The notes: generated from the sequence alone by a model not told the origin. Shown: positions 23,952-37,274, counted from the stretch's first letter. The stretch is 64,000 nucleotides of DNA from Centroscyllium fabricii (GCA_051313645.2 JBNRSN020000065.1:372001-436000), one strand, 5' to 3'. Translations and numbers: made by a program.

Positions 23952-24490
23952 ATGTATTTGTTCTTGGGACCAATGATCTTGTTTCACTGTAAGGAACTAT
24001 TGCAAAAATTATTTTTTTGAATATATTTTCTTTATATTTCATTTCTTTCATCCTTCCATTCTTTCTTTCTTTCTTTCTTTCTTTCTTTTTCTCTTTCTTT
24101 TTCTCTTTCTTTCTTTCTTTTTTACTTTCTTTCTTCTGCATGTCCCCGAGTGTCCCAATTTACTGACCTCCTCCTCTCCCTGTCTCTTACCTAGATGTGA
24201 GCTCGCAGACTATCCGCCAGACTCCCGCCGCTGTCTCCAGATATCCCGGGGATCGAGTGGAACTGAAGTGCGATGTCAAGGGCACTAGTACCCCGACTAT
24301 TTACTGGTACAGACAATACCCGGGGAAGGAGCCGCAGACCATGTTTTCCTCCACGGTTACCAATGTCGTGAATCCAGAGGAGCCGGTGGACGGTTTTACC
24401 GCCGAGCGACCGAATGGCAACGAGTTCAACCTGAGGTCCTCCAGCCTGCGGGCGAATCACTCGGCCGTGTATTACTGCGCCTGGAGTCTG
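23952..24490 (+). CDS. TRBV: TRBV30-like V segment V7 (open frame, defective RSS heptamer); leader 23952-23988, V exon 24195-24490
   Basis: Leader MYLFLGPMILFH then t|gtaagg; acceptor tag|at; ends YYCAWSL. Confidence 0.88.
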
Positions 24491-24529
24491 CGCAGTGACT
24501 CAGAGAGATGGAGGAGCTCAACAAAAACC
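24491..24529 (+). other. 23-RSS of V7 with CAC changed to CGC
   Basis: CGCAGTG, 23 nt, ACAAAAACC. Confidence 0.9.
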
Positions 24530-25479
24530 CCAAAGGCGGCAGGAAACACCTGTAGATGGTGAAACCGCGCGGCGCCGCGTCCTGTTGGGTTTATTTTACA
24601 GAGCGAACGTGCGTCTGACAAGAAGAGGAGAGGGTTTAGATTTAAAGTGACAGTTTAGATATCGAGGCACTGGAGACAGTGCAATGAATGTTTAACGACG
24701 ATGATAGCAGCACTGAGAGGATATATCTATCAGGAAAGGCTGAAGAGGCTGGGGGTCCTTTTATTATCACAGAGAAGACCAGGAGGTGACCTGCTAGAAG
24801 CCTTTAAAAATATGAAGGAGATTCAGTTTACATCTAGTAATAATTGCTGCCCCTTGTTTAAGACAGGGTTTAAGGAATCCAAAGGGAAGTCAGGAAAAAC
24901 ACCTTTACATAGAGAGTGGAGATAATTCGGAAATCACTATCACAGCGTGTGTTTGAGGCGTAGAGCATATGTGAATTTTAGAGGTAGCTGAATAATTGCA
25001 TGACAGAGAAAGGAATAAAAGGTGATGTTGATAGGACACAACATCCATCCTTACTGGGGTGAAGTGTTGAGCACATTCAGTTAGCAGAGGGGAAGGATCT
25101 AAACAGGTGAAACTGCTTCTGACCAAAACAAATAAAATTATCAAATGCAAATAAGAAAGAAAGATAGATAGATAGACAGAATGAAGGAAAGAATGGGAGA
25201 AAGAATGCAACGAAGAAAGAAAGAAAACAAGAAAGGCACAAGGAAAGTAGAAAAAATATTCGATTCTTGTACACCAGCAATGTGCTTCCTGTCTCCACAG
25301 GGGTAATAGAGGGCCCTCCTGGACCAGGATACCCACCAGTGCCTGTAACATGGTTTAATCGGAACAGGCGGAGGCAATTCAACCACGTCGAGCCATTCCG
25401 CCATTCAACCAGATCATGGTTGATCTGTACTTTAACTCAGTTTACCCACGATGAACATAAGAGCATTAGAAATAGTAAA

Positions 25480-26470
25480 TGGAGTAGGCCATTCAGCCCT
25501 TCGAGCCTGCCCCTGCATTCACTGAGATCACGGCTGATGTCCTACCCCAACTCCATATCCCGTCTTATCACCATACCCCTTAATTCCCTTACAATCCAAA
25601 AATCTATCGGTCTCTTTTTTGAATAGATTCAATGACTGAACCTTCAAACCCCTCTGAGGTAGAGAATTGCAAAGATTCACCGCCCTCTGAGTGAAGAACT
25701 TTCTCCTCTTCTCAGTCCGAAATGGCCGACCGCTTCTTCTGAGACTAGGACCGCTAGTTTTAGACTCTCCAGTCAGGGGAACGTCCTGTCAGCATCCACC
25801 CTGTCAAAACTCCTAATGATTTACGTGTTTCCATGAGATCACCCATCGTTCTTTAAATTCTAGGGAATATAGGCCGTGTCTGTTCAATCTCTCCTCATAG
25901 GACAATCACCCATCTCAGGAATCGGTTTAGCGAACCTTCGCTGCACTCCCTCTAAGGCAAACACATCCTTCCTTAGGTAAGGAGACAGAAACTGTACACA
26001 GGAATCAAGGTGTGGTCTCACCAAGTCGCTATATAATTGCAGTAAGCCTTCTTTACTCTTATACTGCAATCATTTAGTAATAAAGGCCAACATACCATTT
26101 ATTTCCTAATTGCTTCCTGTACCTGCATGTTAACTTGCTGTGATTTGTGTACCAGGACTCCCAGGTCCCTCTGAACACCAAGATTTCCCAATCGCTCACC
26201 ATTTAAAAAACACTCTGCCTTTCTATTTTCCTACCAAAGTGGTTGAATCGACTTTATGTTCCATCTTCCAGGATCTTGCCCACTTACTCACCCTGTCTAT
26301 AGCGATTTGTAGCCTCTTTGCGTTCCCCTCAAAAGTTACTTTGGCACAGAGACTTGCATCGTCAGCAATCTTCGATATATTACACTGAGCCCCGCCACTT
26401 AAGTCATTGATTAAGATTGTAAATAGAGGTGGCCCAAGCATTGATCCTTGTGGTACCCCAATGATTACAG
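25480..26470 (-). mobile_element. Degraded CR1 LINE (duplicate at about 50730-51720)
   Basis: Minus-strand LGPPLFTILINDL, KIADDA and LVRPHLD motifs. Confidence 0.85.
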
Positions 26471-26900
26471 TCTGTTAACACGAAGATGACGCATTTTATT
26501 CCTACTGTTGGTTCCATAACGCTTGACACCCTTACTTAACAATAATCTGTCCATGTATATATTGAAACCTCCTGTTGATCTGCAGCTTCAACAATAATTT
26601 GGGAGGGAGAAGTCCAGAATTCCCGAAGTACTCCAGTTGGAATCTGACCAGAGGGTTATACACCTGGAGGATAACTTCCTCCGCACTTTGAGATAGAAGC
26701 CAGCATTCCTTTAGGCTTCCACTGTTCCTGGCTGACCGCCAGATGGACAATATTCCGATCCCTCATACTTAGGTGTACAGGGGTTGGTCTGACGCATGCC
26801 CACATTAAACTCCATTTCCCAGTGCCAATGCTTTGCTCGGAAACGGAATCTTTCTCTGCCCACACAGCAGCACGGAGCTCCTATCCACTCTGCGTATTGG

Positions 26901-27823
26901 CTGTCAAGAGGGAGAGGCCGGGCTGTCAATCAGAGAGGGAGGGCGGGGCTGTCAATCAGAGAGAGAGGGGCGGGTCTGTCAATCAGTGTGGGGGCGAGAC
27001 TGTCAATCAGAGAGAGAGGGGCGGGTCTGTCAATCAGAAAGGGAGGGGCGGGACTGCCAATCAGAGAGGGAGAGGCAGGTTTGATAATCAGAGAGGGAGG
27101 GGCTGGGCTGTCAATCAGAGAAGGAGGGGCGGGACTGTCAATCAGAGAGGGAGGGGCGGGACTGTCAATCAGAGAGGGAGGGGCAGGACTGTCAATCAGA
27201 GAAGGAGGGGCGGGACTGTCAATCAGCGAGGGAGGGGCAGCGCTGTCAATCAGAGAGCGAGGGGCGGAGCTGTCAATCAGAGAGGGAGGGGCGGGGCTGT
27301 CAATCAGAGAGCGAGGGGCGGGGCTGTCAATCAGAGAGGGAGGGGCGGGGCTGTCAATCAGAGAGGGAGGGGCAGGGCTGTCAATCAGCGAGGGAGGGGC
27401 AGCGCTGTCAATCAGAGAGCGAGGGGCGGGGCTGTCAATCAGAGAGGGTGGGGCGGGGCTGTCAATCAGAGAGGGAGGAGCGGGACTGTCAATCAGAGAG
27501 GGAGGGGCAGCGCTGTCAATCAGAGAGGGAGTGGCGGGGCTGTCAATCAGAGAGGGAGGGGCGGGGCTGTCAATCAGAGAGGGAGGGGCGGGACTGTCAA
27601 TCAGAGAGGGAGGGGCAGCGCTGTCAATCAGAGAGGGAGGGGCGTGGCTATCAATCAGAGTGGGAGGGGCGGGGCTGTCAATCAGAGTGGGAGGGGCGGG
27701 ACTGTCAATCAGAGAGGGAGGGGCAGCGCTGTCAATCAGAGAGGGAGTGGCGGGACTGTCAATCAGAGAAGGAGGGGAGAGGCTGACAATCGGGGAGGGG
27801 GTGTGGCGGGACTGTCAATCAGA
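26901..27823 (+). repeat. Large 27-bp minisatellite (about 34 units) with no adjacent V gene
   Basis: Tandem CTGTCAATCAGAGAGGGAGGGGCGGG(G/A). Confidence 0.95.
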
Positions 27824-28900
27824 TAGAAAGAAGGAAAGAAAGAAAGAATGTGTTGCCATTCAGGGCAAAGCCAGGATTTATCGCGCATCCCTAATTGCCC
27901 TTGAGATGGTGGCAATGCCACACCTGTTGATCCGTTGCAGTAGGTAATCCCGCAGTAAGTCTAATTCTTTGTGGTTATTTAGTCCATTTCAGGGGGCAGT
28001 TAAAGTGCCACTCCAATTGCTGTGGGTTTGGATTCCCAAATAGGCCAGACAATTTCCTTCTTTAAGGAACATTATTGAATCAAATTTGTTTTGCAACACT
28101 CTCTTAGTTTCATTGTCACCATACTAGCATTTTATACCAGATTTATTTTAACTGAACTTAAATTGACACCTGGGTTTTAAACACAAGTCTCGAGATCATT
28201 AGTCCAGGCATTCTGCATTGCTAGTCATATAGCATTGCCAGTACGCTACCGTACCCGGAATAGCAACACGCATTGGTCATTCAGCCCTTCGAGTCTGCGC
28301 CGCCATTCAATATGATCGTGCTTGATCTTGGACCCCAACTCCATATGCCGCCCTATCCCCATATCTCTTGATTCCCATAATATCCCAAATCTACCATCTC
28401 TGTTTTGATTATACTCAAGGACTGAGCGTCCACGGCCCTCTGGGCTGGTGAATTCTAAAGATTCACAGCCCTTTCAAATTTTTACTTCTCTCAGTCCGGA
28501 ATGGTCAACACCTTATTCTGAGACTGTGACCCCTGGTTCTAGACTCGCCGAGCCAGGGGAAACATCCTGTCAAACCTCCTAAGAATTTTCGCGTTTCAAT
28601 CGGATCACCCGTCATTCTTCTAAATTCTCGGAAATATAGGCCTGGTCTACTCAATATCTCCTCATAGGACAATCAGCTGATCCCAGGAACCAGTCTAGCG
28701 AGCCTCCGTTGCATTCACTCTAATGCAAGAGTTTCTTTCATTAGTTAAGGAGAAGAAATCTGTAAACAGGAATCCAGCTGTGGTCTCACCAAGGCCCTAT
28801 ATAATTGCAGTAAGACTTATTTACTCTTATACTGAACCCAACATTCCATTGTCCTCTGATTGACCCCATTGCAACATTCAGCACCCGTCTGCACTAATTA

Positions 28901-29171
28901 GTGTCAATCAGAGAGGGAGTAGCTGGTCTGCCAATCAGAGAGGGAGTAGCTGGTCTGCCAATCAGAGAGGGAGTAGCTGGCCTGCCAATCATAGAGGGAG
29001 TCGCTGGTCTGCCAATCAGAGAGGGAGTATCTGGTCTGCCAATCAGAGAGAGAGAGGCGGAACTGGCAATCAGAGAGGGAGGGGCGGGGCTGTAAATCAG
29101 AGAGGGAGGGGCTGGGCTGTCAATCAGAGAGGATGGGGCTGGAATGTCAATCATAGAGGGAGGGACTGGAC
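28901..29171 (+). repeat. 27-bp promoter minisatellite (10 units) upstream of V8
   Basis: Same unit, followed by CACGTCACTT. Confidence 0.92.
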
Positions 29172-29307
29172 TTTCCAATACCACGTCACTTGCTTGTGCT
29201 CATCATGTTTTGCTCAATGATTTGAAAAGTGCGGTTTGGATCGTCAGAAAACACAATTCACCTGTTCTCGCTCCTTTCATTCTTGTAGGAAATTCTTCCA
29301 GTAAAAG

Positions 29308-29411
29308 ATGGATCTGTTACTGAGTCTAATGATCTTGTTTCATTGTAAGGAACTATTTCAAATATTAACTGTTGTTAATCTACTTTCTTTACGTTTTCTT
29401 TGTTTTCTGTT

Positions 29412-29466
<55 letters not shown>

Positions 29467-29863
29467 CTCCTTCTTTCTTTCTTGCTTCCATACTTCATTT
29501 TTCCTGCTAGATTTCCCCGAATGGCTCTGTTTACTGACCTCCTTCTCTCTCCCTGTCTCTTTCCCAGACGTGAGCTCGCAGACTATCCGCCAGACTCCCG
29601 CCGCTGTCTCCAGATATCCCGGGGTTGGGGTAGAACTGAAGTGCGATGTGAAGGGCACCAGTAACCCGAATATGTTCTGGTACAGACAATACCCAGGGAA
29701 GGAGCCGCAGTTTATGTTTTACTCCATCGGTACCAATGCCGTGAGTCCAGAGGGGCCGGTGGACGGTTTTACCGCCGAGCGACCGAATGACAACGCGTTC
29801 AACCTGAATTCCTCCAGCCTGCGGGCGGATCACTCGGCCGTATATTACTGCGCCTGGAGACTG
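29308..29863 (+). CDS. TRBV: TRBV30-like V segment V8; leader 29308-29344, V exon 29568-29863
   Basis: Leader MDLLLSLMILFH; CDVKGTSNPNMFWYRQ...FYSIG...YYCAWRL. Confidence 0.92.
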
Positions 29864-29902
29864 CACAGTGACTCAGAGAGATGGAGGAGCTCAACAAAAA
29901 CC
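29864..29902 (+). other. 23-RSS of V8 (consensus)
   Basis: CACAGTG, 23 nt, ACAAAAACC. Confidence 0.97.
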
Positions 29903-31595
29903 CCAAAGGCGGCAGGAAACACCTGTGGATGGTGAAACCGTGCGGGGCCGCGTCATGTTGGGTTTTATTTACAGAGCGAATGTGTTTTTGACAAGAAGAG
30001 ATGTGACAGTATAAGATTGAGTGATTAGATATAGAGGTACTGGAGGAGGTGAAAATAAATATTTACAATGATGACACCAGAACTGAGAGGCTGTAACTGT
30101 CATGAAAGGCTGGACGGGTTATGGCTCCTTTCTCTACAGAAGATAATACCGAGGGATGTCCTGATTGAGTTCTTTATAATTATGACAGATTTTCCATAGA
30201 GCAGACGCAGAGAAGATATTATCATTTTTGTGGAAGATCAAAACTAGTGGCCTTATATATGAGATAATCACCAATAACTCCAGTAGGAGATGCACCAGAC
30301 TCGTTCTTACCCAGAGATGCTGAACTCGCTACCACCAGGAGTAGTTGAGGTGAAAATCACAGATACAGTGAAGGGAAAGCGGGATAAGCACCGGAGGGAG
30401 AGAGGGATAGAAGGGAATGCTGATCGTGTCCAATATCAACCCATCCTGTGCTGAATTACTGAGCACATTCCGTCAGCAGATACCAGCACATTCCGCGGGA
30501 GGTGAAACTGGTTCAGACCCCGAAACAAATAAAATATTAACAAATACAAAAACGAAATATAGATAGAAATAATGAATGAATGAAAGAAAGTATAATGATT
30601 GTTGGATTTTTTCCACTGATGATGTGTTGTCTTTGTTCACTGGCCCGGTGTTTTCTTTCTCCACAGGGACAGCAGAGGGCGCTCTAGGACCATGAACCCC
30701 ACCAGTTCCTGGAACATGGTTTTGTCGGAGCAGGAGGAGGCCATTCAGCCCCTCGAGCCGCTCCGCCATTCAATCAGATCATGGCTGATCTGAAACTTAA
30801 CTCAATTTACCCACATTGGTTCGCTAACTCTTCACACCCTTAGATAATGGAAATCGAAGTTTTGAAATCTCCCGTTGAACTCTGGCCTCAACTGCAATTT
30901 GGGCGAATGATTTGCGGTTTTTCATTATCCTTTGTGTGAAGAGGTGACTCCAGATCTGACCCTTGATCGGATTCGCTTTAATGCTCAACTGATGCCCGCT
31001 AGCTCCGGACTGCCCCTCGCCAGAGGGGATACCTTCTCTCTATCTACAGTCTCCAATGGCTTTTCCAGTTACAACACCTCAGTAGCATCACTGCTCAATC
31101 TTCTATACTCAATGGAATACAAGCCTAGTCTATGTAATCTCTGCTCATAATAACCTCACTAAGCCCCGGTATCATTCTGGTAAATCCGCATTGCACACCC
31201 ACCAAGGCCAATATATCCTTCCTGAAGTGTGTTGCTCAGAACTGAACGTCCTGTTCCAGATGGAGCCTGACCAGACTCTGTACAACTGAAGCATAACTTT
31301 CTCTCCTCTGTATTCCAGCACCCAGCAGATAAAGGCCAATATTTCATTAGACGTTTGGTTTTTGTACCTGTCCACTGGCCGAGAGTGATTTGTGTAGCTT
31401 GACATCTAAATCACTTTGCACCTCCACAGTTCTCAGCTTTTCACCATTTAGAATATATTCTGATCTCTCTTTCTTAGGTTGGCAGCGGATGATCTCACAC
31501 TTGCCCACATTAAGCTCCATCAACCTCTGTTTTGCTCATTCATTTAAATTGTTTGTGTCCCCTTTGCATCACTCATCTCCCGTCTGCACTAATTA

Positions 31596-31870
31596 CTGCC
31601 AATCAGAGAGGGAGTAGCTGGGCTGCCAATCAGAGAGGGAGTAGCTGGGCTGCCAATCAGAGAGGGAGTTGCTGGGGTGTCAATCAGAGAGGGAGTATCT
31701 GGACTGCCAATCAGAGAGAGAGAGGCGGGACTGCCAATCAGAGAGGGAGGGGCTGGGCTGTCAATCAGAGAGGGAGGGGCTGGGCTGTCAATCAGAGAGG
31801 GAGGGGCGGAGCTGTCAATCAGAGAGGGAGGGGCTGGGCTGTCAATCAGAGAGGGAGGGGCGGGGCTGTA
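31596..31870 (+). repeat. 27-bp promoter minisatellite (10 units) upstream of V9
   Basis: Same unit. Confidence 0.92.
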
Positions 31871-32001
31871 CAAACCTCCATCACTTCCTCACGCTCTTCA
31901 TGTGTTCCTCAGTGATTTGAATAGTGCAGTTTGGATCCTCACAAGACACAACGCTCCTATTGTCACTCCCTTAATTATTAAGAGAAAAGCTCCAGTAAAA
32001 T

Positions 32002-32090
32002 ATGTGTCTGCGCCTAGGCCTGATGATGTTGTTTCACCGTAAGGGACACTTTCAAAAATTAATTCTTGTTCATAGTTTTTCTTTACATCT

Positions 32091-32121
<31 letters not shown>

Positions 32122-32502
32122 CTATTTCTTTCTTTCTTTCTTCCTTACTCCATTGCCACGAATGCTCCTGTTTACTGACCTCCACCTCTGCCTGTCTTTT
32201 TCCCAGACGTGAACTCGCAGACCATCCGCCAGACTCCCGCCGCTGTCTCCAAATTTCCTATGGATGAAGTGGAACTGAAGTGCACTGTGGAGGGAGCAAG
32301 TATCCCTTACATGTACTGGTACAGGCAATACCCGGGAAGGGAGCCGCAGTTGGTGTTTATCTCCCCAACTGTACAAAGTGTGACTGCAGAGGGGCCGGTG
32401 GACGGTTTTACTGCCGAGCGACCGAATGGCAACGAGTTCAACCTGAAGTCCTCCAGCCTGCGGGTGGATCAGTCGGTCGTGTATTACTGCGCCTGGAGTC
32501 TG
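32002..32502 (+). CDS. TRBV: TRBV30-like V segment V9; leader 32002-32038, V exon 32207-32502
   Basis: Leader MCLRLGLMMLFH then c|gtaagg; intact V domain, close paralog of V5. Confidence 0.9.
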
Positions 32503-32541
32503 CACAGTGACTCAGAGAGATGGAGGAGCTCAACACAAACC
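32503..32541 (+). other. 23-RSS of V9
   Basis: CACAGTG, 23 nt, ACACAAACC. Confidence 0.93.
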
Positions 32542-34840
32542 CCAAAGGCGGCAGGAAGCACCTGTATACGCAGAAACCGCGCGTTGCTTTCTCCCGCTGT
32601 GTTGTGTTTTACAGAGCGAACGTGTTTCTGAGACGCGTTAGAAGAGAAATGGGAGAGTAGATATAAAGGCACCGGAGAAGGTGCAAAGAAAGTTTAAGTG
32701 AGATGTTGTCTAGAATGACAGAATGGAAAGTAGATAGAGATAAAAAAAAAGGAATAGATATCAAGAACAAAACAGTGAGGGAAAGAAAGAGAGAACGAGA
32801 GAAGGACAATAAGAATGACAGAAAGAAGGATAGAACGAGAGAAAGACGGACATAAAGCAGAGAATCTGTTGATTTTACACACTGACAAAGTGTTTTCATT
32901 CTCCGCGGGGATAGCAGAAGGCGCTCTAGGAACAGGAAACACAGCTTATTGAATGTTTGTCACCGGGACGCCTGCCTCATGTCGGCGCTTTCAGCATCTG
33001 TTGGCAACGGTTTAGCCGCTTCTCTATCAGACTCCAGGGGACCTTTGCTGTGTTTTTCAAAGAAGCTGCGTATTCAGCCCAGCAAAGATTTACCCCTTGA
33101 ATTCTCGTTCAGCGCACAGGAACTGAAACCTCCACTGCCTGAAACAGGAGAGCATTTTCTCCCAACAATGTTGCGCGTCTTACAGAAGCCTACACTCGTA
33201 CAGCTCAGAAGGATGCCATTCGGCCCATCGAGTCTGTGCCGCCTCTTTGAAAGATTTACCCAAAGAGTCCCCAACGGCCTTAACCCACCCTCTTCGATAA
33301 CACCCATCAACTTGTCCATCTACCACTTCCTCCCTCACTTATCTAACTTCCGCTCAAATGTATTTATGCTCCTTCGCTCAACCACTCCATGTGGTATCAA
33401 GCTCTAAATTATCAGCACACTTTGGCTGAAGATATTATTCCTGAATTCTGTTATATATTTATTAGTGCGTATCTTATATTTGTGAGCCCTTGTTTTGATC
33501 GCTCCTAGAAATGTAGTCTCACTAACCTGCTCATTCACCATCGCCCATGTTTGTTTTCATTATTTTTCAAGTTTTTATCCAATTCCCTTTTGTAAGTTAT
33601 TATTGAATCTGCTTACACTGCCCCTTCAGGCAATGCATTCCACATTATAAGAACTCTCTGCATAATAAAATATATGTTTCCTCATCTCCCGCTGGTTCTT
33701 TAGCCAATTATAGGGAGTATAGATAGACTAAGAGAGTGGGCATTAAATTGGCAGATGGAGAATAATGTAGTGAAATGTAAGGTTATTCACTTTGGTAGGA
33801 AGAATAGAAAAACAGAATAATTTTTAAATGGTGAGAAACATTCAAATGTTAGTGTTCAGAGAGATTTGGGTATCCTCATGCAAGTAACAGCGAAAGCGAG
33901 CATGCAGGTACAGCAAGCAATAAGCAAGGGAAATGGCATTGAAAAGGTTTTGGAGTATAACAGTAAGGAAGTCTTGCTACAATTGGACAGGGCCTTGGTG
34001 AGATCACACCTGGAGTACTGTGCACAGTTTTGGTCTCCTTTTCTAAGGCTTATCTAAGCGCTGCAACGAAGGATCATTAGATTGATTTCTGTGATGAGAG
34101 ATTGTGTAGAATTGGTCTATACTCTCTGGAGTTTCGAAGAATGAGAGATGAACTCATTGAAACAAAACCAATACTGAAGAGAATTCACAGGGTAGATGCT
34201 GAAAGGTTGTTTCTCCTGATTGGAGTATGTAGAACTAGGGGGCATAGTCTCAGGATAAGGGGTAGTCAATTTGAGACTGAGCCGTGGAGGCATTGCTTCA
34301 AACAGGGAGCTGTGAATCTTTGAAATTCTCTACTCCAGAGGGCCGTGAATGCTGAGCTTTTGAGTATATTCAAGGCTGAGATAGATAGAAGTTTGGACTC
34401 TAGGGGAATCAATGAATGTGGAGATGGGGCGGGAAATTTTACTGGACGTCGATGATCAGCCATGATCTTATTGACTGGCGGAGCAGACTCGAGGGGCCTA
34501 TGGCTTAATCCTGCTCTTATTTCTATGTTCGTATGCTCTTATCTTAAGTCTGTGTGCTCTATATTTCTAACAACCTGTCAGTGGATATAGTTCCCCCCTA
34601 TCAACTCTCTCAAAGCCCTACATGATTTTGAACACACCTATTAATTCTCTCCTTGACCTTCTGTGCTGCACGGCTCTATGACGGAATGGGATGGAGCGTG
34701 GCTTACGTAGGAAGTGACGTAAGAGTGACAATTGCAACCGGATGCTTCGTATTTAGTCAGATCCAACAGAGAAGCTGCCTTTAAACGTGGTATTGAGCGA
34801 CACCCGATCACACAGCGAGCCAGTGTCGAATGAGTAAACC

Positions 34841-34889
34841 ATGTTTCATGAAGCTCATTATCTAGCTTTGATGGTGACACTGATCCCAA
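34841..34889 (+). pseudogene. Orphan family-A leader exon with intact promoter; its V exon is missing at the duplication junction
   Basis: MFHEAHYLALMVTLIP then a|gtaagt. The intron matches V6/V12 until 35160, then switches to sequence matching 10077 onward. Confidence 0.9.
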
Positions 34890-37274
34890 GTAAGTCAAAA
34901 TAACAAACTTACGCAGAGGTCTTTGTAGAATAATATATTTAATGTCAGCTGTGGTTCAGCTGGTAGAAACCTTTGCCTCTGAATCACAGGTTTTGGTTTG
35001 CAGTCTTACTCCTGAAACTTGGGAACAAAATCAATGCTGACACACCCGAGACCAGCACGGAGGGAGAGCTGGACTTTCAGAGGTGCCGTCTTTCAGATGA
35101 GGCCTTTAAACCAGCTCAGGTGGAGGTAAATGATCCCAGGACACTATTGGAAGGAGAGCACGTTTGGGATGCCGACGTTAGATACCATACATAGTGTATG
35201 CAAGCTGATCCCACATTATAACCCTTTCAGCCCTGCTATCGTTCTGGTGAATCTTTGTCTCTCTCCTTCCAGGGTCGGTGTATCCTTCCATAGGTGCTGT
35301 GCCCAGAACTGAACACAGTGTTCCAGAGTCTGACCCTGGCTCTGTGCAACCGAAGCATAACTTCCTCCCTTTTGTATTTCAGTCACCTTGGCAGAAAGGC
35401 CAACTTTGCATTTGACGTTTGATTCATTTATTATCAGCTGTGGCTCAGTGGGTAGCACACTCACCTCGGAGTCAGAATGCTGCGTGTTCAGAATCCCACT
35501 CCAGGGACTTGAGCACACGAAGCTTGGCGGACGCTCCAGTACAGTGCTGAGGGAGCGCTGCAATGTCGGAGGAGCCGTCTTTCGGATGAGATGTTAATCC
35601 GAGGCCGCGTCTGCTCTCTGAGGTGGATGTAGAAGATCCCATGGCACTATGTCGAAGATGAGCAGGGGAGGTATCCGCGATGTCCTGGCCAATATTTATC
35701 CCTCAACCAACGACACACAAACAGTAAATTGCGCCTGGTCCTGGCTGGGGTGGAGATCACATCTTACAGAATGTAGAAATGACAAAAACCCAAAACAAAC
35801 TAGATTGTTATTTGGCCCTAAACAGACAGTATGCCATGGCTGATTACCTGTCCATGGTGAAAGATAGCAAACTGAGAAAAACCCTGACAATATACAGACT
35901 TAGCGAGCACAGCCTAGCCATCGAAAAAGGCAGACACAGAAAGACTTGGCTGCCCAGAGAGGAAAGGCTGTGCTCCCACTGCAGTCAGGGAGTGTTGGAG
36001 ACAGGGCTGCATTTCCTCACAACTTGCGAAAACTATCAGGGAATAAGGGGAAATTTCTTCCCAAAATTTGTAACAACATGCCCTGAATTCAAAAATTTGA
36101 ACGACCACCAAAAACTCCCATATCTATTGGGGGAACAGAGGGACTGTATAAACTTAGCGGCAAACTACGTCACAGCTTGCCATAAGCAGAGGGACAACCA
36201 GTGACCATTGAAGCTAGGAAGAGCATACAAGCTCTATATGCGGGTATATATGTATGTGTTTGCATAGTTATTCATTCAATACGTCTGGTTATGCATTTGT
36301 ATGTCCAATTGTATATGTTCTTTTTCTGTGCTTTAGCAACATAGGATGTATCTTGTCATGCCAATAAAGCAATTTGCATTGAATTGAATTGAGTTGCTGC
36401 AGGAAATTCAGGGCCAGAGTGATATCCTGGAGGAATTTCGATCGTCTGGATGGGTCGGAGAGGAGTTCCCCAGATTCTTTCCCCGAATTGGCCACTGGGT
36501 GTTTAATCTGGTTTTTCGCCTCTCCCGGGAGATCGCATGGTTTCCGGTGGGATGGGGGGGGGGGGGGTGAAAGTAGATTTGAGGTGAAAATCAGATCAGC
36601 CATGATCTTATTGAATGGCGGAGCGGGCTCGAGGGGCCGATTGGCCTACTCCTGCTCCTATTTCTTATGTTCTTATGTTCCTATCACAACAGTGACTCCA
36701 GTTCAAAAGTACGTCATTGTTTGTAAAGCGCGTTGAAACATCCAGTGGTCCTGAATGGCGCGATATCGATGCAAGTCTTTCTTAAATACAAGACTTTCGT
36801 TTTGCGCGTGTCGCCTGGCTTTTAGTGATTTGTGTACTTAAACAATGAGTTACCTTTGCTACTTCACAGTTGCTAGCTTCTCACTGGGTGCAAAATATTC
36901 TGATCTTTCTTCCTTAGGCCCACCGTGGCTGACCTCATAATTGCCCACCTTAAATTCCACCTGCCACTATTTCTCTCTCCTTCACGTAGCCTGTTTAGGC
37001 CACCTTTGCAACCTCCTGTTCTCATCTGCTGTACCTGTGGCCAATCGGAGAGTGAGGAGGCGGGTCTGTCAGTCAGCGTGAGAGGGGCGTGTGTGTAAAC
37101 CCGCCTGGGAGTGAAGGAGCGGTGCTGTCAATCAGAGAGCGAGGAGCCAGCGTCACTTCCTTCCGCCCGTCATGGTTTCCTGAATGACATGAAAAGAACG
37201 CGTTGGATCGTCACAAGATTTAACGTTCGTATTTTCGCTTATTTCATTGCGAAAAGTAAATTTCCAAGTTAAAG

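Larger units (their letters stand above)
10077..35160 (+). repeat. Segmental duplication unit of about 25.1 kb, copy 1
   Basis: Sequence and ORFs recur at an offset of about 25084-25260 (10132 to 35216, 12191 to 37275, 32209 to 57471). Confidence 0.92.

Noticed and set aside
26796-27947. ORFs of 383 and 334 aa with GAGLSIREG or RGG-like repeats (also 52048-53172)
   Set aside because: They are translations of the 27-bp minisatellite, open in several frames, with no gene structure.
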